Positions 26,901-39,766 of a DNA stretch of 64,000 nt are shown here, piece by piece. A program made the position numbers and the translations under genes. The stretch comes from Balanoglossus misakiensis (lineage: Eukaryota; Animalia; Hemichordata): the NCBI GenBank assembly GCA_040954595.2, contig CM082593.2:9247200-9311199 (forward strand), read 5' to 3'. The first letter of the stretch is position 1; each line of letters begins with the position of its first letter. The notes beneath the pieces are model-generated. The model saw nothing but the letters and a program-made list of their open reading frames with translations. It was not told where the DNA came from and searched no databases.

Positions 26901-29116
26901 CATCAGGGTAAATGGCGTAGCAAGCTTTATGATGCATCAGGGTAGATAGTGATGCAAACACTTCACTTTCACATGGGTATTAAATGCATATGGGGATTTC
27001 AGGTTGTTGAAAAATCTGTGGGTTAATACGTGGCGGAAAGCACTGTACTTCGATATTGCATATGCAATGGTGACATTGAATGGGATTGTTTGCATTAGGG
27101 CAAATGGCGAAGCAAGCTCAATGATGCATCAGAGTAGATGGTGATGCAAACTCTGCACTTTCACATGGGTATTTAATGTTAAATGTAAATCCATAGGTTA
27201 ATACGTGGCCAAAAGCACTCTAATTTGACATTGCTAATGCAACGATCACATTGAATCTGATTCTTTGCATCAGGGCAAATGGCGAAGCAAGGTTGATGAT
27301 GCATCAGGGTAGATAGTGATGCAATCACTTCACTTTGACATGGGTATTAAATGCATATGGGGATTTCAAGTTGATGATAAATCCCTGGGTTAATACGTGT
27401 CCAAAAGCACTGTACTTTGACATTGCTAATGTAACGATGACATTGAATCTGATTCTTTGCATCAGGGTAAATAGCGTAGCAAGCTTTATGATGCATCAGG
27501 GTAGATAGTGATGCAAACACTTCACTTTGACATGGGTATTAAATGCATATGGGGATTTCAGGTTGTTGAAAAATCAGTGGGTTAATACGTGTCCAAAAGC
27601 ACTGTACTTTGACATTGCTAATGCAATGATGACATTGAATCTGTTTCTTTGCATCAGGGTAAATGGCGTAGCAAGCTTTATGATGCATCAGGGTAGATAG
27701 TGATGCAAACACTTCACTTTGACATGGGTATAAAATGCCTACAGGGGGATTTAAAGTTGTCTGTAAATCCCTGGGTTAATACGTGTCCAAAAGCACTGTA
27801 CTTTGACATTGCTAATGCAACGATGACATTGAATCTGATTCTTTGCATCAGGGTAAATGGTGAAGCAAGGTTGATGATGCATCAGGGTAGATAGTGATGC
27901 AAGCTCTGCACTTTGACATGGGTATAAAATGCCTACAGGGGGATTTAAAGTTGTCTGTAAATCCCTGGGTTAATACGTGGCGGAAAGCACTGTACTTTGA
28001 CATTGCATATGCAATGGTGACATTGAATGGGATTCTTTGCATTAGGGCAAATGGCGAAGCAAGCTCAATGATGCATCAGAGTAGATGGTGATGCAAACTC
28101 TGCACTTTCACATGGGTATTTAATGTTAAATGTAAATCCATAGGTTAATACGTGGCCAAAAGCACTCTAATTTGACATTGCTAATGCAACGATGACATTG
28201 AATCTGATTCTTTGCATCAGGGCAAATGGCGAAGCAAGGTTGATGATGCATCAGGGTAGATAGTGATGCAATCACTTCACTTTGACATGGGTATTAAATG
28301 CATATGGGGATTTCAAGTTGATGATAAATCCCTGGGTTAATACGTGTCCAAAAGCACTGTACTTTGACATTGCTAATGTAACGATGACATTGAATCTGAT
28401 TCTTTGCATCAGGGTAAATGGCGTAGCAAGCTTTATGATGCATCAGGGTAGATAGTGATGAAAACACTTCACTTTGACATGGGTATTAAATGCATATGGG
28501 GATTTCAAGTTGATGATAAATCCCTGGGTTAATACATGTCCAAAAGCACTGTACTTTGACATTGCTAATGCAACGATGACATTGAATCTGATTCTTTGCA
28601 TCAGGGTAAATGGCGAAGCAAGGTTAATGATGCATCAGGGTAGATAGTGATGCAAGCTCTGCACTTGAACTTGGGTATAAAATGCCTACAGGGGGATTTA
28701 AAGTTGTCTGTAAATCCCCAGTTTAATACGTGGCCGAAAGCACTGTACTTTGACATTGCTAATGCAATGGTGACATTGAATGTGATTCTTTGCATTAGGG
28801 CAAATGGCGAAGCAAGCTCAATGATGCATCAGAGTAGATGGTGATGCAAACACTTCACTTTGACATGGGTATTAAATGCATATGGGGATTTCAAGTTGTT
28901 GAAAATTCCGTAGGTTAATACGTGTCCAAAAGCACTGTACTTTGACATTGCTAATGCAATGGTGCCATTGAATGTGATTCTTTGCATTAGGGCAAATGGC
29001 GAAGCAAGCTTTATGATGCATCAGAGTAGATGGTGATGCAAGCTCTGCACTTTGACATAGGTTTTCAATGCATATGCATGAGTATTTAAAGTTGACTGTA
29101 AATCCCTGGGTTAATA

Positions 29117-31929
29117 CAGTCCCAACAGCGTACAACAACTAAACTGTACGGGAAAGTTCCCGCACTAGTTGTAGCAGTGTTGTAGCAGAGATGTTACGCA
29201 ACACCTCTTTTGTTGGTTAATTGATGTTTTTTGTCTTAGTTTACGGCAACTACAAAGGTTCCCGTAGTTTGAAACAAAAGAATGTGTGCTCCATTACGGC
29301 AATTTGGGGCAGGTGTTACAGCAAGAAGGGCTAATGGGGAGGTGATTATCACCCTGATGTGAACAATAGTTGTAGCAATGTCTATGTGTGATAATGAGCT
29401 CCACCCAAGTGGATTTTGCTTGGTTGGGGGCAATTTATGTCCTGGCCTCACTAAGCAAATAAATTCCTTCTAAATCTTGATAGCGAGCAAGTCAGTTGTC
29501 AACCTTACTAATATTTCCCCTGTCTCAGTAGCTTTACATACGCTATGCAGGGCTAGCTGACGGGCTTCAAAGTTTTGTGTTGTGACCTATGCAGAAAGCA
29601 AGCGGTTCTAAAAATAAACTTCCATAACAACATGTACACTTGGCGTAAGTTGGCAGGGTATTGACTAATATGTTGCAATTGTTTGTATCAATGTACATTT
29701 TGAGACAACTAGGGCAAGGCCAACAACCTGATCAGGATATTCAAATTAGGTAAAGACGCACTCAAAACAGCAATTATAATTACAGGACGTGTGCCATGCT
29801 GGTGACCAAATAGACGCAGACGGACCTCCCTGGCATTAGTGATACCCTGAGTAATAAAACACCTGTTGTTTTGATTACCTTGTCAATATGTGTAAATTTG
29901 GCAACAATGTGTTGCAAACCTGATGCTATCAAGCAGAGACATGGCCCAGTGAAAGTCCAAATACATGTAATTCAGAGTGAACCATGGTGCGATGTGTATT
30001 TTGAGTTTGTCTGTTTTTTGCACTAGAATTCTGCAGATTTGTGAATAAAGTTGCAGTTCCATTTTGTGCGCGTGTGTTGAGTTTGGCAGGAGGCCGTAAT
30101 TGAAATGACTGTCTTCTAAGTTTTGGTGTGGGAAACACCTCTGACACCACTATGCATATCAGAGTGCCTGAAACTTTTGGACCCATGTGCTTTTTATTTA
30201 CATGATGAAATCGGCCACATGTTGACCTCGTAATTTATTCAAATTATTATTCACGTAAAAAGCTGTTAGACACGGCAGCAGGACGTCTAGCCGCTCATCT
30301 TTTTACCAGGTCGATCGATCGATACTACCAGCACTACCACACATGTTGACCTCGTAATTTATGCAAAGTATTATTCACATCAAAAGCCGTTTGACACAGG
30401 TGGAGGACGTCTAGGCCCGGTCTTGCCGGCCACTCATCTTTTACCACCATGATTTGACCACTTGGCAAGTGCTCTGAAATAATAGGACTAGTTTCATGTT
30501 GTGAATGTACGTTCGCAGTAATAAGTTTCTCATGAATATTCACGCACCCGAGAGCTTGACAAAGAAGCATTTGGACTAAACCACTATACCACTGTATTTT
30601 GTTGAAAGTTCAGCGATCAATACTGTCATGCATGCCCGCTCGTAGTAATCACTTTGTTGTCAACTTTTTTATTTCAGGAATGTTGATTAAACAATACATT
30701 GAACTGGCTGGATTTGAACAGAAAATGTTAAAATTTTACATGTGAATTTGAAACTTACCATCAATTCATTCACTGCGGCCACCCCCTCTCTGTCTGGATA
30801 TAAAGGTCGCTCATTGAATGTATTTTATCAGGCGCGGACTTTGGGGGCAAGAGGTAGCCAGACAATGATTGACAGGCAAATTGTATCCAAATTCTGCCAA
30901 GTGCAGGGGCTTGCTTAGACTAAACAAATTGCGTGAATATATAATGAGTAAACATGTAGGTCATTCATCCCAAACCGGCCAACTAATTGCTGCCAGTCAC
31001 TTCCCATCATGTTCAAGCACTGCCCGTCGGAAAATGAGTGTATATCCATTGCCGTAATAATAGAATATTGAAATAATACAGACCATTACTACTTATGAAA
31101 CCCTTCAAAATTATAGTCAAGACTCTCAAAACTTGTCTGTTCTAAAGATCAAACTGCAGCGGAACGTGGTACTGCAGGCCAACATTATTTTGTAAACAAG
31201 CCTAATATTTATTATCAGGGTCTTCATGTAAGGGGGGGGGGGGGCAGCAGGTCAAAAAAATGAAAGCCAATGTCTTTTAAGCTAAACCCAATTGTGAAAT
31301 GCGTCATTGTGTTTGATTTTCCATTGGTCATGCTGTATCTCTCAAATATTAATTGGTCCAGCTCCTTGAAAGAAAAGAAACCCCAGCAAAACATGTGCAT
31401 TCTACAACACTGGGGTAGGGATGTGTTGACCTCTGTTCATGTCCACAGACTGTTCTGTTACCAAGAGAGTTCAGACTTTGTCGATGAACATAACATCATT
31501 CCAAAACTGACTTCATTGGTATTTGATGTCAGCCCTTTGCCATTTTATTCTCAGACAGAGCTTCTTTTGTAAACTTTGTGATACAATGTTGCAGTGACCT
31601 GTTGCAAAAATGTTGCACTCTAGTTCTAGACCTGTCAATCACTCTAGTTGTAGCAAAATAATCAACACCTTGAACAAAAGGCATCACTCTGTGGGGGCTA
31701 ATTGACAGGTGTTGCAGCAGTATTTACAGGTAGAGGTGTTAAGTTTCCCTTGTTAATGGCTTGCCGTAAAGGAGTTGCCGTAGTTTTTACGGAAATGTAT
31801 CAAAAGGAAATGGGCCTTAGACAATTGTTGCAGCAAACTCTGCTACAACTAACAATAGTTCCCGTAGGGTTGACGTACTACTTGCCGAGTCAGAAATGTA
31901 CAAATAGTTGTTCTATTCTGTTGGGACTG
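29117..31929. mobile_element. 2.8-kb non-autonomous TIR DNA transposon with TA target duplication, inserted in the satellite
   Basis: GGTTAA-TA|CAGTCCCAACAG ... CTGTTGGGACTG|TA-CATGGCCAAAAG. The TIR is 12 bp perfect and ~30 bp imperfect, with subterminal TTG(T/C)AGCA repeats. Removing the element restores the satellite. No long ORF. Confidence 0.88.
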
Positions 31930-31931
31930 TA

Positions 31932-33238
31932 CATGGCCAAAAGCACTGTAATTGCTAATGCAACAGTGATTTTAATTCTGATCTTTTGCATCAGGGTAAA
32001 AGGCGAAGCAAGCTTGATGATGCATCTGGGAAGATGGTGTTTCAAGCCCTTCACTTTGACATTGGTATAAAATGCCTACAGGGGGATTTAAAGTTGTCTG
32101 TAAATCCCTGGGTTAATACGTGTCCAAAAGCACTGTACTTTAACATTGCTAATGCAACGATGACATTGAATCTGATTCTTTGCATCAGGGTAAATGGCGA
32201 AGCAAGGTTGATGATGCATCAGGGTAGATAGTGATGCAAGCTCTGCACTTTGACATGGGTATAAAATGCCTACAGGGGGATTTAAAGTTGTCTGTAAATC
32301 CCTAGGTTAATACCTGGCGGAAAGCACTGTACTTTGACATTGCATATGCAATGGTGACATTGAATGGGATTCTTTGCATTAGGGCAAATGGCGAAGCAAG
32401 CTCAATGATGCATCAGAGTAGATGGTGATGCAAACTCTGCACTTTCACATGGGTATTTAATGTTAAATGTAAATCCATAGGTTAATACGTGGCCAAAAGC
32501 ACTCTAATTTGACATTGCTAATGCAACGATGACATTGAATCTGATTATTTGCATCAGGGCAAATGGCGAAGCAAGGTTGATGATGCATCAGGGTAGATAG
32601 TGATGCAATCACTTCACTTTGACATGGGTATTAAATGCATATGGGGATTTCAAGTTGATGATAAATCCCTGGGTTAATACGTGTCCAAAAGCACTGTACT
32701 TTGACATTGCTAATGTAACGATGACATTGAATCTGATTCTTTGCATCAGGGTAAATGGCGTAGCAAGCTTTATGATGCATCAGGGTAGATAGTGATGCAA
32801 ACACTTCACTTTGACATGGGTATTAAATGCATATGGGGATTTCAAGTTGATGATAAATCCCTGGGTTAATACGTGTCCAAAAGCACTGTACTTTGACATT
32901 GCTAATGCAACGATGACATTGAATCTGATTCTTTGCATCAGGGTAAATGGCGAAGCAAGGTTGATGATGCATCAGGGTAGATAGTGATGCAAGCTCTGCA
33001 CTTGAACTTGGGTATAAAATGCCTACAGGGGGATTTAAAGGTGACTGTAAATCCCCAGTTTAATACGTGGCGGAAAGCACTGTACTTTGACATTGCTAAT
33101 GCAATGGTGACATTGAATGTAATTCTTTGCGTTAGGGCAAATGGCGAAGCAAGCTCAATGATGCATCAGAGTAGATGGTGATGCAAACTCTTCACTTTGA
33201 CATGGGTATTAAATGCATATGGGGATTTCAAGTTGTTG
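31932..33238. repeat. Terminal block of the same satellite (~7 monomers, some more diverged)
   Basis: Same monomer types as the main array. It ends abruptly at ...CAAGTTGTTG (33238). Confidence 0.97.
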
Positions 33239-33251
33239 CCCTACTGCTTAC

Positions 33252-36200
33252 CTATTGCAGCATTTAATCTTTCTGCCTCATTTTGACCAGAATCCCCAGG
33301 TGCTCTGTGTAGTCGTATCATGCGGTCAGTTCCATGAATTCGTATAAGTTCAGCATCTCTATATCTCACTTCCACATTGCTGACACCAACACCTGGTCTT
33401 GCATCAGTCGTCTTGAGAATATTGCCATACATAGGTGCTTGAACAAAAGAGAGCTTCTGTATGATAATATCACATATGTCAATCAAGCCAGTCAAACCAA
33501 CAAAAAGGGCATCTTTGTTAATGGTCCTGAAATGTAAAAGATAACAAATAAGATAAGCATTCAAAAGTGACTAAAAGCGATAGTTCCATTTTTCCAAAAG
33601 GGGAAATCTGACAGTAATGTTTTGCTGTGATATTCAACATGAGGGTTCGATAACAGAGCCAATGACTGAACTCATTAAATAATTTTACCAATGCACCTTA
33701 TTTCTCCCAGCAGTGACTCTGCATTTTGGATAACCTGTTTCACTGGCTCTAGCAAATCTGATGAACTCTCCTCCTGTCTTCTTTTCAGATATTCATCCAA
33801 TCTTGTCCATGCCTGCTCCAAATGATGATGCAACCAAGCCAGCCTGTCACCTTCATATTTGCGAAATACACATTTTTGATCAGTTGTCACACATTCAACA
33901 TCTTCTTGTACAGTTGTATCTATAAACAAAAGTAGTTATAAAGCATGAATTGAACTGCATAACTAAAGGATGGATAATCACCAACAGGATTGTCCTCTTT
34001 AGCTGACAAAGGGGACTATGGTACAATAAAATGCATTAATTAAAGGGACATTAGATGTAACTTTGGCTATTTTTTCAGTATTTTGGATCTGTGTATATCA
34101 GCTTTACGTTTCTCTAGATCATGCTGAAATGCCTAGTATTCTCACTCTCAACATAACCTGTATATGTGAAATGACACTGTTATTGTTGACAAATGAATTC
34201 TAGTCTGGATTAGAATACAATTTACAACAATAACAATGGTAATTATATTCATATAGGTTGTGTTGAGAATCTATACACTGGGTATTTGATCATGATTCAG
34301 GGATCCAGCGTAGTTGAAAGACACAACAAAAATACTGAAAAAAACTTTTGTTTTGACTTGTCCTGCCTACTTGTTTCAAAAACTATTTATTTTTGCAAAA
34401 AAACAAGACTTAGGGTATTTAATAATAATTGCTTCAGTGGCAGAGCAAACCTACCTTTAAAGTGGAAGACTGTATCATGGACTTGTGCATAGAAAATCTT
34501 CAAAGCCTGGTTATTTGAAGAATGTCCTTGTTGCTTCTCAAAAAGCTCAGGCTCTTCTCTCCTACAAACCAAAATGTATGGAAGTAGCTCCACACTTAGT
34601 ATTTGTAAGGCAGGATATGTATCTGTTCAACAACTATACAAAACTCAAAATTTAATCATACTTTGGTATTGTTAGAATGTTACCTTAACATCAAGTAGTC
34701 AGAGGCCCAGACACTTCCACTGCTCCCAATGAAATGTTTAGGTCGAATCACCACCACAGTTTGATCCTTTTAATTGACAAGTTCTTTATTTCCTTATAAG
34801 GGAATAAGAAAATTAGGAGATAATGTAAAAAGGTCTCATAAAGACAGGTTGATTCTGATTGGTCAATTCCTATATTAAATTACTCATTTCCCAAGTGTAC
34901 AAGAAGTACATATGTGAACAATGTTTTGGATTTTTATATTTGGCAATTTAGATATCTGTACTAAGTATATTCAGCAAACTAGTGCATTGATCACACTTAC
35001 CTTCAACAGTTACAGTTTTGGCAGAGATGAAGCGGAATGAGGTCGGAGTGACATGTACTTCAGGCGTACTAAAATCATGTTGAGGGAGTTTGTTCTGTTT
35101 TTCCGGGTTTGTAACATCATAGATTACACCTTTCTTAACATCTCTTGCTCCAACTATTAAACCAAAACAGAAGACAAAAACTGATTACATTTCATGTCAC
35201 ACAGCTTCATGCTTTCCAATGATATATAGCTCATATGGGTTTTTCACCATTTGAAAGAAGAGACTGTTTGGAAAGGGACTGTTTCTTGTCCTGGGCCCTT
35301 AATCCATGAATCAACAAAATTTTACTCACCATCAGTTCCTGGTCTTAGGTAAGCTTTATCATCCATACTGATCATAAGGCTGTTTGACCATTCCGAATCG
35401 CTAAACATATTAAATTTAGCATTCTTCACATGTGCCCTCTGATGATGAGTGGACTCCGTTGAATGTAGCTCAGTCTTTGGTGGCTTTCTGGCACAAAACA
35501 AGGACTTCCCCATGTGTGCTTTTGCCTGTATGGATCGTACATTTCGAGGACGGCCTCTATTAAGAACTGTTGTTGCTGATTTGATTAATTTCTTTCCCCT
35601 TTGGAGCAGCATGTAATTCGCTAGGGACAGAAAATGTCTCTTCTTAACACGGTGGTGAGAGTAAAGTGTAATATTATGTCTTCGCCCATGTGCTGTACTT
35701 TTTTCTTCAACAGCTTTTGCGATGAAAAGTTCATCCTCTGTATCTAGAAGGCGAGGTGCACCTCCTCCAAGCTTTCTACGCTTTACCCGATTTTCTTCCA
35801 GCAATGTTTGAGCGATCCGCTTCTTAGATTGCAGGGCTCGTCTCCTACTACTTTTATCTTCTGGAGTTAACAATAATGCTAATTCCCGCTTTCGTTTTTC
35901 TAAGCAATCTCTCTCTGCACATAGATCACTTCTTCTTTTATCAGACAAACTACAACTGTCTAGTCTGGCATCAACATCTTCTATTTGCTGTACTATTTTG
36001 TTAATCTTTTCCTTCACCCTACGAACAAGGACATCTTGGGCTGCTTCAGTGGCATTTTTGAATTCTTCTGCAGAAACTAACACTTTGGAAAGAAACTGTA
36101 CAGCTCTGTTTGGTTTTACTCCAAGCATATGCATGTCATTTCTTGAGTTTGATGCAAAAAGAACAGCTTTCACAATAGATTTATCATACTCTGTGTCCAT

Positions 36201-36752
36201 GGTTGCAATGATATCATGCAGGGATTCGATTGTCAAAGGAAATCTTGCAGTATCTTTGCGATCTGTAGCATGTTCTAGTTCTACGAACAAATCAGTAAAG
36301 CTAACAAAACTGTTATTGAGTATGATATATCTACACCCTGCCAGTGTGACAACTGTTACATTGAGTATGTGGTCAGGATGTAGCAGTTGGTCACGGAATT
36401 CATGTTCAGTTGGCTGAGTTTCAAAAAATCCGCAATACAGTCCATAGGCATCTTTGAAGGGTAAATACCCTTTCACCTTTCCATCAAAATCACTTCTCAC
36501 CATCAATTGGTGTACAACATACAGCAGGCCTTGGACGATTTTCTGTTTCTCGGGCGCTTTTCTGTGCACGTCCAAGAGTGCCTCGAGCTTCTCCTCACAT
36601 TGTTCCGGTTTACACGTTTGTTGTGATACACGTTCGTACCCGCCACCAACCTTGGACTGCTTCCGCGAGGCACTTCTCCTCTCCGAAAATGTCAACTTGA
36701 CGCGATCTTTCTCGCTTTCTTTAGAAGACGGACCGAGAGCGACATCAGCCAT
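33252..36752 (-). pseudogene. Multi-exon Zator-like DDE transposase, 3'-truncated, with one in-frame stop
   Basis: Approximate exons are 36752-35330, 35153-35001, 34792-34684, 34561-34455, 33919-~33697 and 33526-33252, with GT-AG borders. Motifs SMDDKAYLRPG, LPQHDF, IRPKHFIGSS, TTDARPG and RAPGDSGQNEAERLN parallel Zator S.DDKA / LPDHDF / DGGP / APG.S..N.VER. There is a TAA in exon 3. Confidence 0.72.
34044..34345. mobile_element. Truncated TTAA-type (Kolobok-like) foldback MITE in an intron
   Basis: Begins TTAA|AGGGACA. Internal inverted arms TTTTTCAGTATTTT / AAAATACTGAAAAA and TCTCAACATAACCTGTAT / ATATAGGTTGTGTTGAGA. The right tip is not seen. Confidence 0.5.
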
Positions 36753-36993
36753 TTTGATTTTGAACAGTAAAAAGGTCACGTGTGTATTTATCGCGGGAAT
36801 TTATCGCGCGCTTGGTACATTCACACCAAAGGTGGCATTTTTGCATTAAAATCAGTATTATGTGATTTTTTATCACTGAAATGTAATTTAATTTTCGTTT
36901 TGTGAAATATTTTTTTTAAAATCTTGAGCTTTCGGAAAAGAGGTGAACTTCCCATCATAACATTCTACACACGTGTACCTCCATAGTGTCATC
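36753..36993. promoter_or_regulatory. Putative bidirectional promoter between the transposase and the SAM gene
   Basis: 241 bp between divergent ATGs, with GGTCACGTG and CACGTG E-boxes and E2F-like TCGCGGGAA. Confidence 0.45.
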
Positions 36994-38869
36994 ATGGCAG
37001 TGGAAGAGCAGCCAACATCTGATGAGAGCAACATTGCTGATTTCTTGCAAATGTGTGACCTGCACAATTACACGCAATATTTTTTAGACGCCGGTGTTCA
37101 AAAAGCAAAGCATCTAGTTGATGTTGATGACGACGACCTTAAAGATATTGGTAAGTGTGGAATCTCATCTCATCTCAGCTCTGTCTGCGGCTGCGGAGTC
37201 AGTCGCTGCCTGTAATCAGACAGGCAGTGTGTGTGTTTTCATGCATCGCCCTGCAACTTTGACCGGAACTTTAATTTTGACACCTACCGTAACGTCTACG
37301 ATAGCTTTTAGCGTTTAAAACTCAGATGAAATTGTAGCTGGGGTTTAATATAAACAATATTTCTACCCAGTTTGAAAAATGTTATATACCTCTTAGATCT
37401 AGAATATCTGCCGATTAAAAAAATGCATCTATTCTTAGTTGTACATTATTTTTTATGGAAAAAAGTGCTCTGAATCACAGGTGCAATAGCTAGTGGCAAT
37501 GTGTAGAGATGACCATTTCTTTCAAATTTATATCCCTGAAAATTGCATCAACAGATATTAGAAATAAATGCAGGCTGCTTTTATACTTTTATACTCGTTT
37601 GACAGACAACAATTAAGAATTAAATTTGGCTTTTCTGTAATAATGCATAAATCAAATATCATATATCATGTATTGGGATATTGACTGATGTTTTGCCTTG
37701 TGCATAAAATACCCATGTAAACTTGTATGTAGTCATTTAGCCTTTTATCCGTATTTTTATTGATTTCAGGACTGTCTATTGAAATAAAGCGACTCAATAG
37801 GTTCAAAAGGAGCATTCTGAAACACCCAATTCCCAGCAAGGAGTCATTTCTCCAACCCAGCCAATCCAAGTCAGGTGCAGGTGAGAGCAGCAAGCAGAAA
37901 CCGTGGATGCAACCTAAATATGGTTATATTCCTAATGGTAAAACAAAGCGGGCAGTCTTCATGAACCGGGTCTTACCAGACTTTTACTCAGCAAATTTTA
38001 AGTGGAGCAAAAACACAAGAGACTTCTGCAAGAAGTTTCATGAAGAGGGACGGCGTCAATACGAGTTGGAAATGAAATTTGAGCGCTTCCAAAATGATGT
38101 GGAGAAAGTGACAAGCACTAACAACCCAGCAGCTTTTGGTGTCGTTCTTGCTTCTGAGATTTTAAAACCTCATCACAGCAGAATTATAGAACAGAATGAA
38201 CATAAAGTTGGAGAAATCAAAACATCTCTTCAACAAGAGAAAGATAAACTTCTTTCTGATACCCAGCAATGCTATACAAAAAATGGAAAAATAAAATCTG
38301 GCCACGAGTGTGCCGTCCATTTCAACACCAAATGTTTAACTTTAATTGAAGAGTTGAATAAGCAAATTGAAGAGTTAGAAATAAAGTTGAAGCACAGGAA
38401 GCAGAAAGTACATGAAATGTTTTCTTTTCATTACATGAAGCACACAAGTATTAAACGTAAAAAGAAACCAAATAGGAGGCTAGCTAAGAAACGTAGAGAA
38501 AACAGAGATAATGCTGGCAAAAGAAGAGTAGCTAGTATTATTGCCCCATCATGTGACATACATAATTCTGTCATCACAGATGACAAAATTCATTTTGAAG
38601 GTGTCGGAAGACTATATCTAAGAGATGTGAAATACATAAAATTACTGAAAAGAGAAAGCAAAATCACAAATGGTGCATTTGATTTAATCGCAGATTGCTT
38701 GTCCCACAAAGACTGGGCCATAAACTTTCACAGTGACAATGACTACAACAGCTGTGATGCTGATGATGATAATGATGACAACGATGATGATGATGATGAT
38801 GATGATGAGGGGAGGGTGGATGAGGAAAAGGAAGAGGAGGGGAGTGGTGACCATCAAGGGGATGGGTAG
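36994..38869 (+). CDS. Two-exon SAM-domain protein (~418 aa) with coiled coil, basic NLS-like patch and acidic tail
   Basis: Exon 1 is 36994-37150 (G|GTAAGT) and exon 2 is 37770-38869 (TTTCAG|GA). The splice gives IADFLQMCDLHNYTQYFLDAGVQKAKHLVDVDDDDLKDIG-LSIEIKRL, a typical SAM pattern. KRKKKPNRRLAKKRR and a D/E tail follow, then AATAAA ~38934. Confidence 0.8.
38756..38808 (+). repeat. Imperfect (GAT)n microsatellite encoding poly-Asp
   Basis: gatgctgatgatgataatgatgacaacgatgatgat... within the SAM gene tail. Confidence 0.85.
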
Positions 38870-38971
38870 AATGCATTGTTTTACAGTAGTAGCAGTAACA
38901 GTACTTTAATAGCGGTGACAGCATACTAGTATAAATAAACCGAAGTGTCTTATTATTGGCTAGGTGGCAGC

Positions 38972-39123
38972 GTCCGAGTCCATTTTTATTTGGCAGAGAT
39001 TATTGAGGCATTCTGCATGTTGTCACATTGTAAGAGCAAGATGGGGACACCCCAGCGCAGTCGTCACAATGACAATATGCAGAAAGCATCAATAATCTCT
39101 GCCACATACAAATGGACTCGGAC
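38972..39123. repeat. Foldback (hairpin) element with ~58-bp imperfect arms
   Basis: GTCCGAGTCCATTTTTATTTGGCAGAGATTATTGA... is mirrored by ...TCAATAATCTCTGCCACATACAAATGGACTCGGAC. Confidence 0.85.
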
Positions 39124-39424
39124 GTCACCTTTTCATAAAAAACTGTATATTTATGTATTAAGTTATTTTTGCGAAAAGTACATTTCTTACATAAGTTCTT
39201 TTATGATTGTGTTTGTTCTGATTAAAGATTTGTATTCATATATTCATATTTAAGATCACATACTGGTACATGTGTATGTTTTGTGAGTTGTGTGGTGTAT
39301 TTTGTAGTACAAGGGATGTCAATATATCCATACATGAGTGCCTATGAGCGCAAGTCTCTTTTCAGTATTTCTCTGTAACACTTCAAATTTTGAAACATTT
39401 TCGGTGTCATCCTTGCACAAAAAT

Positions 39425-39547
39425 TAGTGACCCTCCCCTTGACAAGTGCCCAAAATGTAGCAGCCCTCCCCCAAACCGTTGCATGAGAAATGGTGACCCT
39501 CCCCCCAATCGCACCAGCCTTCCCCCCTGTTAATTCTGACCAGGCCC
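39425..39547 (-). mobile_element. Probable Zator-type terminus (TIR plus G-rich subterminal repeats) with no visible partner
   Basis: Minus strand reads TAA|GGGCCTGGTCAGAATTAACAGGGGGG followed by three GGGGAGGG(T/C) motifs. A GG start beside TTA fits Zator ends. Confidence 0.5.
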
Positions 39548-39766
39548 TTAACGGCGAAATACTGAACTTACAAACATAACAGTCCTAGCTTTAATATGAA
39601 ATATAGTGTGAACACTTGAACAGGCAACCCCTAAATATGAAACTCAGTTCACTCAACATTTAACACTCAGAGTCACTGTCCGAATCTATAACATAAATCC
39701 GTTTTCTTATTGGCTTATATTGCGATGCGTTGTCGCCCATGTTTGATCTCAGTGGCTGGTTGATAT

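Larger units (their letters stand above)
3710..29116. repeat. Tandem satellite array; monomers of 194, 175, 192 and 192 bp forming a 753-bp 4-mer higher-order repeat with 3-, 5- and 6-mer variants
   Basis: Monomer starts at 3762, 3956, 4131, 4323 and 4515 give the lengths. Spacings between equivalent monomers are 753 (13941-14694), 757 (14694-15451-16208, 4-bp insertion) and 561 (19419-19980). Roughly 125-130 monomers. Confidence 0.98.

Noticed and set aside
3710-29116. CRISPR-like array
   Set aside because: There are no unique spacers; the whole unit repeats. The context is eukaryotic and no cas genes are present.
3762-33181. Dozens of near-identical 64-65-aa ORFs (MMQALHFDMGIK...) as a tandem gene family
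   Set aside because: They are by-products of the satellite. The 194- and 175-bp monomers break frame, many copies have stops, and no domain or splice structure is evident.
38664-38924. His-rich 86-aa ORF on the minus strand
   Set aside because: It is the antisense reading of the (GAT)n poly-Asp tract.
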